DNA of 64,000 nt, from contig CAXXQP010000001.1 in assembly GCA_963663905.2 (NCBI GenBank), forward strand, positions 28,490-92,489, given 5' to 3'. Both the position numbers and the translations under genes were made by a program. This document shows positions 9,588 through 19,314 of the stretch, in pieces. Position 1 is the stretch's first letter; every line of letters begins with the position of its first letter. This stretch comes from an uncultured Saccharicrinis sp. GTDB taxonomy: Bacteria > Bacteroidota > Bacteroidia > Bacteroidales > Marinilabiliaceae. The notes under the pieces were generated by a model. It ran no database searches and was not told where the DNA came from. It saw only the letters and a program-made list of their open reading frames with translations.

Positions 9588-10817
9588 ATGAAGCAGCCCT
9601 CAAGCATAGGAATAGCACCAAATTTAGTACGAGTAGATAAGAATGTTGCTTATAATATTACAGATTTTTCATTAATTAATGATGAATCTGGTCTTATAAA
9701 ATCACTTATTTATTACTTTTGTCACTCTTATCAAAATAATTTTTTTGGATATGGAGTACTAGACCCTATGCATTTTGCAAAAACATTTAATTACACTACC
9801 AATTATCTTCAAGCAACTGTTAAAAAACCTGCTCAGTTTAAAGGAAAATCGGAAAAAGAAATAAGTTTCCTGATACAAGCAGAAAAAGAAGATCCTTCTC
9901 AACGAGTATTTGATAGTAGATTAGAAAATGCTTTGTATATTTTGTCAACACAACCTGTAAGTTTTTCTAACGAGGGTCAAATTAGAGATTTTAATGAAGA
10001 TATAGGATATTTTTACAGAAAGATTTCTTCAATGTTGTTCATTGAACAATTAGAAGTTCGATTTACTAGACCAAAATCGGGGAGAGGGAAGGAAAAAATA
10101 TTATACAACTATCAGTTGAATAAGGAATTTGTAAAAAACTTGTCTACATTTTATTTAAAAGCGAATACGAATTCATTTATTAAACTGCGTAAAGCGAATT
10201 TTGATGACTTATACATTCATTTAGTTACAGCAAGAACAAATTTGTCTGTTAAAAATGAACACATCTACAGGCCTAAATTTGATCACCTTTGGTCTGTTTT
10301 AGGTAAGCATAGGGAAGAAAAAAGAGAACAAAAACGAGAGCTAAAAAAAGCATTAGAAAAGATACAAAAAGAAACGGAGTTAAATTTTGAATTAACTTGG
10401 GAAAAAAGTCCAAACTCAAGATTTGCTTATCAACCAGTAATAAATTTTGAGAAGATTTTCTCAACACCTAAAGAAAGAGAAGATGCTATAAAGAATGAAC
10501 GCAGACAAGTTTTTGATCAAAACTTAATTCATGAAATGCTTGAAGTTTTAAAAAGTGTCAAGCCTAGTAAATATTACTCTGAAAATAGAGAAAATAATTT
10601 TCTTAATTGGATGAGAGATAATAAAATTGATATACGTGAAAAATCAGCTGCGTATGAACAAGCTCAACTAAAGACCTACTTAAAAATACCAAAACACATT
10701 GACGCTTATAAACGTTCTTTTTTTAATAACATAAAACCAACATCTACTTTAAAAGAAATATTTACAGATGTAGAAATAAATCATAATGCTCCAAAACAAG
10801 AATATATTATAGATTAA
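9588..10817 (+). CDS. Putative replication initiator, divergent Rep_3/RepB-like winged-helix protein
   Basis: Segments DDLYIHL and HLWSVLG...KRELKKALEKIQKETELNFELTWEK...VINF follow the Rep_3 WH2 pattern. Context: preceded by iterons, divergent from parAB. TATGTTTG -7 box at 9558. Confidence 0.65.
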   Translation: MKQPSSIGIAPNLVRVDKNVAYNITDFSLINDESGLIKSLIYYFCHSYQNNFFGYGVLDPMHFAKTFNYTTNYLQATVKKPAQFKGKSEKEISFLIQAEKEDPSQRVFDSRLENALYILSTQPVSFSNEGQIRDFNEDIGYFYRKISSMLFIEQLEVRFTRPKSGRGKEKILYNYQLNKEFVKNLSTFYLKANTNSFIKLRKANFDDLYIHLVTARTNLSVKNEHIYRPKFDHLWSVLGKHREEKREQKRELKKALEKIQKETELNFELTWEKSPNSRFAYQPVINFEKIFSTPKEREDAIKNERRQVFDQNLIHEMLEVLKSVKPSKYYSENRENNFLNWMRDNKIDIREKSAAYEQAQLKTYLKIPKHIDAYKRSFFNNIKPTSTLKEIFTDVEINHNAPKQEYIID

Positions 10818-10847
10818 AACTATCTAAAATGTTGAAATCTCAGAAAT

Positions 10848-11915
10848 CTATAAATTCAATAACTCATCATTCCAATCTTTGGAATTGCATTTGATTAGCT
10901 TTATATCATATTTAATATCGTTTGAATTAACTAATTTATTAAGGAACCATTTGAAAGAATCTTTATCTTTTATAAGATATTCTTCATTATCTATAATTAA
11001 TTCAACAAGATTAGTATCTATTTTTAGAATTTTTAGAGACTTATTAGTAGCAAACTTCGTAATAATTTTCAAATCATTTTTTAATCCCCCAAAATCATTA
11101 TCATTAATTAAAATGATACTCTTATATATTCCTTGATCAACTAGATTAAAGAGTTTTTGACACTGTTTATCACTAATAGTCCCAAAAGAGGCAACATGTG
11201 TACTAGTAAAATCTCTATTAATTTGACAATAAGAAAGATTATCAATAGGATTTTCAGAAATAACCAAAGTCTTGTGTGTTTTGGAATAATTTGAAACCCA
11301 AAAAGAATCAACTACTTCACTGCCCAAAGCCATTTTCTTTTCGTTTGAATCTCTTATTTCTAAGCCTACGACTGTTTTATCCTTAATTGAGGGGAATCCA
11401 GTCATAACGGGTCCATAATTACTTTTGGTCTTAAAACCATATTTGTAACAGTTTACTATAGTCCCTTTAAATAATGGATGATTAATTGTTTCCTTATTCA
11501 AACCCCGACTCAATAAAAAATCATAATTGATTAATTCATGTGGAGCATAGAGTTCATATTCAAATTTTACTTTCTCTTGAAAAGTTTTAATTTCCTGGGT
11601 AAGTTCTTTTCCTCCGGAATCTTCATCCAACTTGGCAAAGGCTTTAGCATAATCTTGTTTGGACTTACTATCTGTACTCAGATAACCATTGATCCTATTG
11701 ACTACAAAATTGATAATATTACCTTTATCCCTGGTATCGTTAAGATTCTGATAAATATACTTTCCTGTTTTTTGATGCCTCAGTACTAAAAGCTTCTCCC
11801 CATCTTTCTCAAATACCTTTTGCCTGGCAGTAGATTTATGTATATCTATCACATATCCTGAACTTAAAAGATACTTGGTCAGATCAATTTTTTCTATGTA
11901 ATGAAAAGCATCCAT
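10848..11915 (-). CDS. Toprim-domain (primase-like, DUF3991-type) protein
   Basis: DKGNIINFV, ISENPIDNLSY, NDNDFGG and terminal KDWNDEL motifs. Confidence 0.8.
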   Translation of the reverse strand: MDAFHYIEKIDLTKYLLSSGYVIDIHKSTARQKVFEKDGEKLLVLRHQKTGKYIYQNLNDTRDKGNIINFVVNRINGYLSTDSKSKQDYAKAFAKLDEDSGGKELTQEIKTFQEKVKFEYELYAPHELINYDFLLSRGLNKETINHPLFKGTIVNCYKYGFKTKSNYGPVMTGFPSIKDKTVVGLEIRDSNEKKMALGSEVVDSFWVSNYSKTHKTLVISENPIDNLSYCQINRDFTSTHVASFGTISDKQCQKLFNLVDQGIYKSIILINDNDFGGLKNDLKIITKFATNKSLKILKIDTNLVELIIDNEEYLIKDKDSFKWFLNKLVNSNDIKYDIKLIKCNSKDWNDELLNL

Positions 11916-11983
11916 AGGATCATTAATTCATATTCCAAATTTGAATAACAATAATCAAAAATTATATAACCTGAAAATTACTA

Positions 11984-12262
11984 TTATTCTATCAGTTTCA
12001 ATAAAAGATTTTTAATTTCTTCAGTTTTATCTTTTTTAACGACAGGTTGTACATGAAGACAAAGTGATTCAATAGCTATTTCTTTGTGACTTAAAACCAT
12101 TTCCTTGGTATAGCCGCAGTATAAATCCAGATAATCTTTGATAACCACTTTAGGGAAGGGACTATTCTCTTCCAAGGCATACTCAATCAGGTGTTTCACT
12201 GCTATTTTTTCACTTTTAGATAATTCGCTCATTAGAAAATTCATAAATAATACTCGGGGCAA
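11984..12262 (-). CDS. Small hypothetical protein
   Basis: 92-aa ORF co-oriented with the toprim gene; TATTTTTG -7-like box upstream on the minus strand. Confidence 0.55.
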   Translation of the reverse strand: MPRVLFMNFLMSELSKSEKIAVKHLIEYALEENSPFPKVVIKDYLDLYCGYTKEMVLSHKEIAIESLCLHVQPVVKKDKTEEIKNLLLKLIE

Positions 12263-12956
12263 AAATAGTAAATTTTGCGAGTAATTCTTTTAAGGGGGAG
12301 GAGATTAAAAAAAGAGTCTATTGAACATATATAGCTATAGGACACTAATTTTAATTTATCGTCATAAATTAAAATTTAGGCAGGAGTGATTGCGCCGTGG
12401 GGTTAATTAACATAGTGCCGCTATAGGACTGCCGGAGGTATTCTGTTTACACCGTTGAAGATAGGCAAGTTTTATAGCGAGGCATTATGTTATTATTAGC
12501 TTTGGGGTGCTGTTTTTGGCGTTGCTTTTGCCGGAGTCAGCTTTTATGGCTTTGGAGTAAATATGTTGAAGTAAGGTACGAGCGGAAACAATTTGCGAGA
12601 AAGTTATAAATGCTATGGGATTGTGCCAGGTTTCCTGGTGCTCGGTTTTTAAGGCATTTTTAGTAGTGAGGTACGAACTGTGAAATGACTTAAATACCGA
12701 GTGTGGGTTTGGGCAAAAGGTATGACAAAAACAGCAACAGAAGAGTAGGGAAGTTGCAAACATAGATTGCATGGATTTTTTGAATAAGAAATAATGTGTG
12801 GGTAAAAACAGCTGTTGCCATTGATTAAGCGTGCTGTAAATATGAAATGGCAATTGCTGTTGGGAAAAAGGAGGTTTTTAAATGGAGCGAAGAGGAGTGA
12901 AAATACCGGGATGTGTGAAGGTTTTGATTACAAATCAAGCGCCAACTAAGAAGTGG

Positions 12957-13176
12957 TTTGCAACTTTTGAGGCGTTGGGAGTGAATGGCCATCACCTGAA
13001 CGAATACACCCTATATACAGAAGCGTGGGAATAGGGGTATTTAGGGTGAATGAGTGATGGCGTTATTTGATATTTTGTGAAATTAAAATTATATTCGTGT
13101 ATAACTCATAGTTTAGGGTTAGGTTTGGTTAAAGATTAAAAGCCACTATCAGAACGTTTGATAGTGGCTTTTTTAT
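12957..13176 (+). ncRNA. Candidate sRNA unit, copy 1: conserved upstream segment, TTTG-N20-TATATTCG promoter, ~70-nt transcript, intrinsic terminator
   Basis: Homologous to 52470-52672. Terminator AAAAGCCACTATCA-gaacgtt-TGATAGTGGCTTTT. The RNA assignment is inferred. Confidence 0.45.
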
Positions 13177-13189
13177 AGTGTAATGAAGA

Positions 13190-16100
13190 TTATTCTTTAA
13201 AATCTATTTTAGTATGAGAACTGAGTCCCCATTTCTGTTGTACTCTTTTGATTAGATAAAATACGATGGGTACAATAATCATTGATAAAAACATTGAAAC
13301 AGTTAATCCTCCAATTAGAGTCCAACCAATTCCGTTTTTCCATTCTGCACCTTCACTTTGAGAAAATGCTAAGGGGAATAGTCCGATAATCATGGAAATA
13401 TTAGTCATTAAAATCGGTCGAAAACGGAGTTCTACAGAGGTTTCAATTGCTTGTAATAGAGTTTTCCCTTCATTCAAGAGTTCGTTGGCAAAATCCACAA
13501 TAAGAATTGCATTTTTAGCTACCAAACCTACCAACATCACAATACCAAGAATAGAAAAAATATTCAAATTTTGATTTGCTAAAGCTAACGCCCATATCGC
13601 ACCAATTATTGATAATGGAATAGAGAACATAACTACAAAAGGATCTGCCCAGCTGTCGTATAATACAACCATGATTAAATAAACGGAAATGATTGCAGCC
13701 AACAATGCTAATCCTAAAGAAATGAAAGACTCAGCCATCATTCTTGTTTGCTTGGATGTTGTCACTTTTGTTCCTGCAGGGGCTTTTATTTCTTTTAATT
13801 TCTCTTCAAAAGCAGTTTGAACCGAAGCCTGTGATGCACCAATAATCTGACTTGTTAATTTGGTAGACGGGCTTCTGTTATATCTTTCTAAATTTGATGG
13901 CCCAACACCTTCTTTTATTTGGGCAAACTGAGATAGTTTTATCAATTCGTTGGTAGCCATTGAAGGGAATGAAATATCTTCCAGGTCGTTTTTGTTTCTT
14001 CTGTCAGCCTCGTTTAATTGAATATTTATATCGTACTCTTTTGTTTCGTCCCTAAATTTATTGTCTGTATTTCCGGCAAATGAAGTTCTCAGGATTCCCG
14101 CAACCGAAGCCAGATCAAGCCCTAACTTTGTCATTTTATCCCTATCAACATCTATTACGTATTCAGGGTTGTTTTTGTCAACGCTTAATTCAGTTTCTAG
14201 GGTTCCTTCTATTGAAGATAAACAATCTTTTACCTGGTATGCGTAATGCATTACACTGTCCATATTATACCCTACAATAAAATAGCTTAATGGCACATCT
14301 TCACTACCCATGATGTTTACAGAAACAGCTTTTATCTTTGCACCTAGTGTGGTTTCTTCAAGATGAGCCTTTGTTTTTCTGGCATAAACATTAGTCGATT
14401 CGTCACGTTTATCCTTTGGAACCAGATAAACATTGATATCGCTATAGTAAGGAGTAGAAGTGGTACTAATCATACCTGATCTTTTTCCAATAGTAGCATA
14501 AACCATATCAATTTCGGGTTGATTGAGTAAGTATTGTTCAATCTCCCTTGTTTTATTATTGTTCTCTTGCAGACTTACGTCATGGGCATATTCAAGGCGC
14601 AGCATAAATACACCACGATCACCGGAAGAGGCGAATTCACCCCCGATAAAACCTGCAGGGAATAACATAAAGGTTCCCAAAAACAGTATGGCAGTAGTCA
14701 GCAAAGTAACCGTTTTGTGCTTTAAAGACCAGTGCATTGCAGAAACAATGTTTTTATTTACAGCATTGATTGATTTTTCAAATCCATTTAAGAAACTACT
14801 TATTATTTTGTTCTTTGGCGCGGACAGTTTGGCCCACTTTGATGTCATCCAGGGCACTAAAGTAAAGGAAACCAATAAACTGAACAGCATTGAAATAACG
14901 ATTGTAACAGCATACTCTCTAAGTATGTCTCCAACCACTCCGGTTACAAATGCAATAGGCAAGAATACTGCTACCAGTACCAGGGTAATAGCTGTTACAG
15001 TCATCCCTAATTCCTTAAGACCGTCATATGAAGCCTGAACTTTATTTTTGCCCATTTCCATATGCCTGTAAATATTCTCAATTACAACAATGGCATCATC
15101 AACTAACGAACCCACAACAAGCGACAACGATGTTAAACTGATGAGGTCGAAAGAAAAATCAAGCAAATACATGGCCGTAAATGTTGAGATTAACGATGTT
15201 GGTATGGCAACAAGAACAAAGATTGAGTTCCTTAAACTATGTAAAAACAACACCATGATTACAGAAACCAGGATTATAGCCATGATTAAATCATGCTCTA
15301 CAGCAGTTGCTGCCTGGATGGTAAACTGAGATTGGTCCTCAGCAATTCTAAATTTTATATTTTCTTTTGTGTACTGTTCCTCCAATTCAGTAAACTTCTG
15401 GCGAACCAGTCGGATTACTTCTACCGAATTGGCATCTTTTTGCTTACTGATTTCTATACCAATAGTTTCGAGGCCATTTAAACGTGTAATTTTTTCCTGA
15501 TCGGCAATGCCATCATAAATATCTGCAATCTCGCCTAATCGAAGTATCGATCCGGTTTTGTTTGCTCCAATGATAATATTCTTTAGTTGATCAATAGTTC
15601 TTATTTTACCGGAAAGACGTACTGTCATTTCATTAGTTGGCGTTTGTAACTTTCCAGTAGGTAACTCAAGGTTTGCATATTGTATCATTTGAGTTACATT
15701 AAGCAGGTTGAGCTTATTGGCTTTAAGTTTTAAAGGATCAATCATGATTTTAATTTCCCTTTCAACGCCACCCACCAGGTTAACCGTTGCCACCCCTTGT
15801 ATACTTGCCAAATCTGGTTTGATCCTGTCGTCTACAAATTGAAAAAACTTACTGTCTGAAAGTGATGAGTTTACTCCGGCAATAAAAATAGGTAATGAAC
15901 TTAAATCAAATTTTTCAATAGACGGAGCCTTTATTTCTTTAGGAAGAGTACTGACAATGCTATTTACTTTTTGGGTTAATTCCTGCACGGCAATATTTAC
16001 GTCAGCATCAAAATTTAAAGACAATGTAACAACAGACAGGTTTTCGATGGAAGAAGATGTCATTTCTTCAATCCCTTCGAGTGAGGATACAGCATCCTCA

Positions 16101-16300
16101 ATAGGAACAGTTACAGATTGCTCTACTTCTTTAGGACTTGCTCCCGGATAAATGGTAGTGACCACAACTGTAGGAGAAGATATTTCAGGTATAAGAGCAT
16201 ATTTTATTTTTGAGGCAGAGAACAATCCCAGTAATATAAGGATGGTAAACAGTACAATGGGTACTGTGCCTCGTTTTATGGATGTGCTTACAATTTTCAT
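13190..16300 (-). CDS. RND efflux transporter permease (AcrB/AcrD/AcrF family)
   Basis: 1036 aa; GSLVDDAIVVIENI, AKNAILIVDFA and LRFRPILMT motifs. Confidence 0.97.
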   Translation of the reverse strand: MKIVSTSIKRGTVPIVLFTILILLGLFSASKIKYALIPEISSPTVVVTTIYPGASPKEVEQSVTVPIEDAVSSLEGIEEMTSSSIENLSVVTLSLNFDADVNIAVQELTQKVNSIVSTLPKEIKAPSIEKFDLSSLPIFIAGVNSSLSDSKFFQFVDDRIKPDLASIQGVATVNLVGGVEREIKIMIDPLKLKANKLNLLNVTQMIQYANLELPTGKLQTPTNEMTVRLSGKIRTIDQLKNIIIGANKTGSILRLGEIADIYDGIADQEKITRLNGLETIGIEISKQKDANSVEVIRLVRQKFTELEEQYTKENIKFRIAEDQSQFTIQAATAVEHDLIMAIILVSVIMVLFLHSLRNSIFVLVAIPTSLISTFTAMYLLDFSFDLISLTSLSLVVGSLVDDAIVVIENIYRHMEMGKNKVQASYDGLKELGMTVTAITLVLVAVFLPIAFVTGVVGDILREYAVTIVISMLFSLLVSFTLVPWMTSKWAKLSAPKNKIISSFLNGFEKSINAVNKNIVSAMHWSLKHKTVTLLTTAILFLGTFMLFPAGFIGGEFASSGDRGVFMLRLEYAHDVSLQENNNKTREIEQYLLNQPEIDMVYATIGKRSGMISTTSTPYYSDINVYLVPKDKRDESTNVYARKTKAHLEETTLGAKIKAVSVNIMGSEDVPLSYFIVGYNMDSVMHYAYQVKDCLSSIEGTLETELSVDKNNPEYVIDVDRDKMTKLGLDLASVAGILRTSFAGNTDNKFRDETKEYDINIQLNEADRRNKNDLEDISFPSMATNELIKLSQFAQIKEGVGPSNLERYNRSPSTKLTSQIIGASQASVQTAFEEKLKEIKAPAGTKVTTSKQTRMMAESFISLGLALLAAIISVYLIMVVLYDSWADPFVVMFSIPLSIIGAIWALALANQNLNIFSILGIVMLVGLVAKNAILIVDFANELLNEGKTLLQAIETSVELRFRPILMTNISMIIGLFPLAFSQSEGAEWKNGIGWTLIGGLTVSMFLSMIIVPIVFYLIKRVQQKWGLSSHTKIDFKE

Positions 16301-16314
16301 ATCGATACTTTATT

Positions 16315-17382
16315 CTAATTCAATATTTTAACATTAGCCTGGTCATAAATACTATAATTACCTTCAATTACGACTTTGTCTTCTGATTTCAGGCCATTGA
16401 TAATTTGAACCTGATCGTTAATGACTTTACCGCATGTAACATTTGATAAAACAGCCTTATTATCCACAACTAAAAAAACCGAAGCATCTTTTAAAGAGCC
16501 GGAAATCGCCTTTCTTGGGATGTAATACTCATTGGAGTTACCTGTAATTTTAATTTTTGCAGTTACGTACATACCCGCTTTTAAAAGCCCCTCATTGTTG
16601 TTATTAATTTTAACTTCTGCACTAAAGCTATTACCATAGCCTGCTTTTTTTCCTAAATAAGAAATTGTTCCACTAAAATTTTGGTCTGGAAATGTAGATG
16701 TATTAATTTCCACTTCCATGCTTTTTTTAATGTTTAGATAATTCTCTTCAGAAACTTCAATCTGCAGTTTTAAATTTTTTGAATCAATAATATTACATAC
16801 AACACTTCCATTGCCAATAAACTGTCCAATTTCAATAAAGTCCTGCTCAATATATCCATCAACAGGAGATGTGATACAAGTGTTTTTTAACTGTTTTTTT
16901 GCTGAAACATATTGTGCTTTTGTTGTTTCGTAATTGAGTTGAATTTCTTCTAACTGTTGACTGGTAACCGCATTTTGATTTACCAGTTTTGTAAAACGAT
17001 CAACCTCTTTTTGTAACTGGTCGTAGCTTGCTTTTGTGGCGTTCAGTTGAGCTTTTAACATTTCGTCGTCTACTTTTGCTATGGTATCGCCAACTTGAAC
17101 ATACTCACCTTTTCTTTTAAAAATTCTTACTATTCTTCCATTGGTTTCGGCTACCAGGTTTAAATCTGTATAGGATTGCAAAAATCCATTTGTATTAATA
17201 GAGGAGTTAAATGTTGATGGTTTTACAGTGATAACTTTTACCGGATAGTATTGCCCTTTGATATTTGCCAATTCGGTTATGGATTGATTATTTTCCTTAT
17301 TTCCCTTCAGTTGAAAAAAGATAAGCAAGCCTATTACAATCAGTATTGCAATGGAAGCAGAGGTTTTTAATATTTTTTTCAT
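16315..17382 (-). CDS. RND efflux periplasmic adaptor (MFP)
   Basis: N-terminal membrane anchor, lipoyl-like ITSPVDG, coiled hairpin, GMYV motif; in operon with RND and TolC. Confidence 0.95.
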   Translation of the reverse strand: MKKILKTSASIAILIVIGLLIFFQLKGNKENNQSITELANIKGQYYPVKVITVKPSTFNSSINTNGFLQSYTDLNLVAETNGRIVRIFKRKGEYVQVGDTIAKVDDEMLKAQLNATKASYDQLQKEVDRFTKLVNQNAVTSQQLEEIQLNYETTKAQYVSAKKQLKNTCITSPVDGYIEQDFIEIGQFIGNGSVVCNIIDSKNLKLQIEVSEENYLNIKKSMEVEINTSTFPDQNFSGTISYLGKKAGYGNSFSAEVKINNNNEGLLKAGMYVTAKIKITGNSNEYYIPRKAISGSLKDASVFLVVDNKAVLSNVTCGKVINDQVQIINGLKSEDKVVIEGNYSIYDQANVKILN

Positions 17383-17461
17383 TACTATTATTTTTTTAAA
17401 TTCATATATAGATGGAATGTAGTTCTTTCCAGGTATCAGGTGTTTTAATTTTGCTTTTTAT

Positions 17462-17535
17462 TGTCACATGGAACTCGCCAAATTCAATCATACTCCTATG
17501 TGAGAAGAAATTCTCATGGCTCGTTTCATTTTATC
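17462..17535 (-). repeat. ~70-bp interspersed intra-operon element, copy B
   Basis: Minus strand reads ATGAAACGAGCCATGAG...ATGATTGAATTTGGCGAGTTCCATGTGAC, matching 60450-60522. Confidence 0.75.
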
Positions 17536-18901
17536 TAAAATCGTGAAACTCCAAGGTTCCTTGCGATTTTAGAAGGTCAATTTCTGCCTGGTTCATAGCG
17601 ATACAGTTTTTAACGTAGTTTACTTCTGCATTTCTTAAATCTTGTTCTGCAATTAAAAGGTCAGTTAAAGTAGACAGCCCTTGGTTGTATTTAAGTTCCG
17701 TTTGTTCTTTTACCTCTTTGGCAAGCTCAATGCTTTTTTGTTGTACTTCACAATTTTTGATGCAAGTATTGCGTTGCATCAGTGCATTTAAGTATTGGAT
17801 TTTTAACCCGGAATATGATTGCTCTTTTTGAACCTGAGCGTTTTGTATATCTAGTTTGGCAGTTTTAATTTTTGCCCGGTTAGAAAAGCCTGATAGTATT
17901 GGAATTGTGGCTTTAAAACCAACAACAGACACTTTAAACCAGTCTTCATGAGAATCAGAAAAATTAAATTCATCTCTTTGCGCTTGGTAAGTATGGCTGG
18001 CAAAAGCAGCGAGTGTTGGTGTTGTTTGTGACCGTGCCTGTTTTAATTGAAGCTTGTTTAATTCAATACTTTGATTGATAAGTTTAATTTCATTTAGGTT
18101 TTCAAGATTCAGTCCCCCTTTTTCTTGTGTTGTCAGGTTTGTAAGGGGGGATGTAAATAAATTAGAAATATTACTTGTATCTACTTCTAATTTTGTTTCT
18201 GTATCTAATCCAATTATATATTTTAGATTGTTGGTTTGTAAGTCGATACCTGCTATTATTTGTTCTCTTTGAGATTGGAGGCTGGCATAATTTACCTCAA
18301 TTCTATTCAAATCAGTGGATAATGCTAATCCTCCATCAACCAAATTTTTAGTTCTCAGTTTGGTTTGTTCCAGCGATTTTAAATTACTGTCAATAATTTC
18401 AAGGTTTTTATAAATGGCCATTAAATTATAATACTCTGTAACCAGTAATTGTATAACCTCAATTTTAACTTTATCTTTTTGAAGGCTTTTAATCTCAGTT
18501 GCCTTTTTAGCAATTTGTAAGCCCCTGATATAGCCTAGTGAAAAAAGCAGTTGTGAGGCTGTAACTCCTGCATCCAGATTATATTTTTTCCCAAATTGTG
18601 CAATAATATCCGGTGCACCTGGAACTCCGGTCAGAGCACCCGGCAAAATCATTGTGGCTTTTTTTAGGTAATCTTTATATTCTATGGTAGATTCTATTTT
18701 GGGTAACCCGTTTCCCCTGACTTCCTTTATAAGTTGCTCACTTTTTAATTTTTCAATTTCGGCGCTTTTTATTTTATAATTGTTTTGTTGGGCAAATTCT
18801 AACATTTGCTTTAAATTCATAATATATTTTCCCTGAGCATTCATGGTCAATATATTTAGCATCAAAAGGATCGATATTAAATAAGTGCTTCGTATGGTCA
18901 T
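17531..18901 (-). CDS. TolC-family outer-membrane efflux protein
   Basis: Signal peptide, two OEP-like repeats and YNQGLSTLTDLL motif. Confidence 0.93.
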   Translation of the reverse strand: MTIRSTYLISILLMLNILTMNAQGKYIMNLKQMLEFAQQNNYKIKSAEIEKLKSEQLIKEVRGNGLPKIESTIEYKDYLKKATMILPGALTGVPGAPDIIAQFGKKYNLDAGVTASQLLFSLGYIRGLQIAKKATEIKSLQKDKVKIEVIQLLVTEYYNLMAIYKNLEIIDSNLKSLEQTKLRTKNLVDGGLALSTDLNRIEVNYASLQSQREQIIAGIDLQTNNLKYIIGLDTETKLEVDTSNISNLFTSPLTNLTTQEKGGLNLENLNEIKLINQSIELNKLQLKQARSQTTPTLAAFASHTYQAQRDEFNFSDSHEDWFKVSVVGFKATIPILSGFSNRAKIKTAKLDIQNAQVQKEQSYSGLKIQYLNALMQRNTCIKNCEVQQKSIELAKEVKEQTELKYNQGLSTLTDLLIAEQDLRNAEVNYVKNCIAMNQAEIDLLKSQGTLEFHDFR

Positions 18902-19314
18902 TTTTTTTGTTTTAGTTGATATTTTTATCTGTTAAAATGTCTTATTAAATGATTTATATTGTTTAAACTTTGTAAAGTTATATATGCGGGTTTTCAATAG
19001 TGTTTATCTAATTGGTTGAAGTTTAAAAGGATATCCATTTACTGTGTGGATACTATTCCGGATTATGTAAGAAGTTGGTAATTAAAGCAAAAGGAGCTTA
19101 GGTTGTTTTTGTGTAGAATTTTAAACAATTGTAATAAATCGCTGGTACATCAAAAAATTATATATTTGTTAAATGAATGGAATGGGTGGTTTATATCAAA
19201 ATGTGTATATAGATGTTAAAATTACCAGTAAAGATTCCGTTTAAAATTATTTCTTGCTGTTTTTAAGGAAGCGTAAATCAAGGGACTTAATAAAGAACAT
19301 AGACTATATTTGGT

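Noticed and set aside
12485-12853. 122-aa minus-strand ORF
   Set aside because: Composition is unlike real proteins here (C/H/F-rich) and there is no motif; likely a by-product of the G/T-skewed tract.
12991-13035. TPP riboswitch (ACCTGAAC...GCGTGGGA resemblance)
   Set aside because: The CTGAGA and GGG P2/P3 elements are missing, there is no downstream thiamine gene, and copy 2 lacks the 3' motif.
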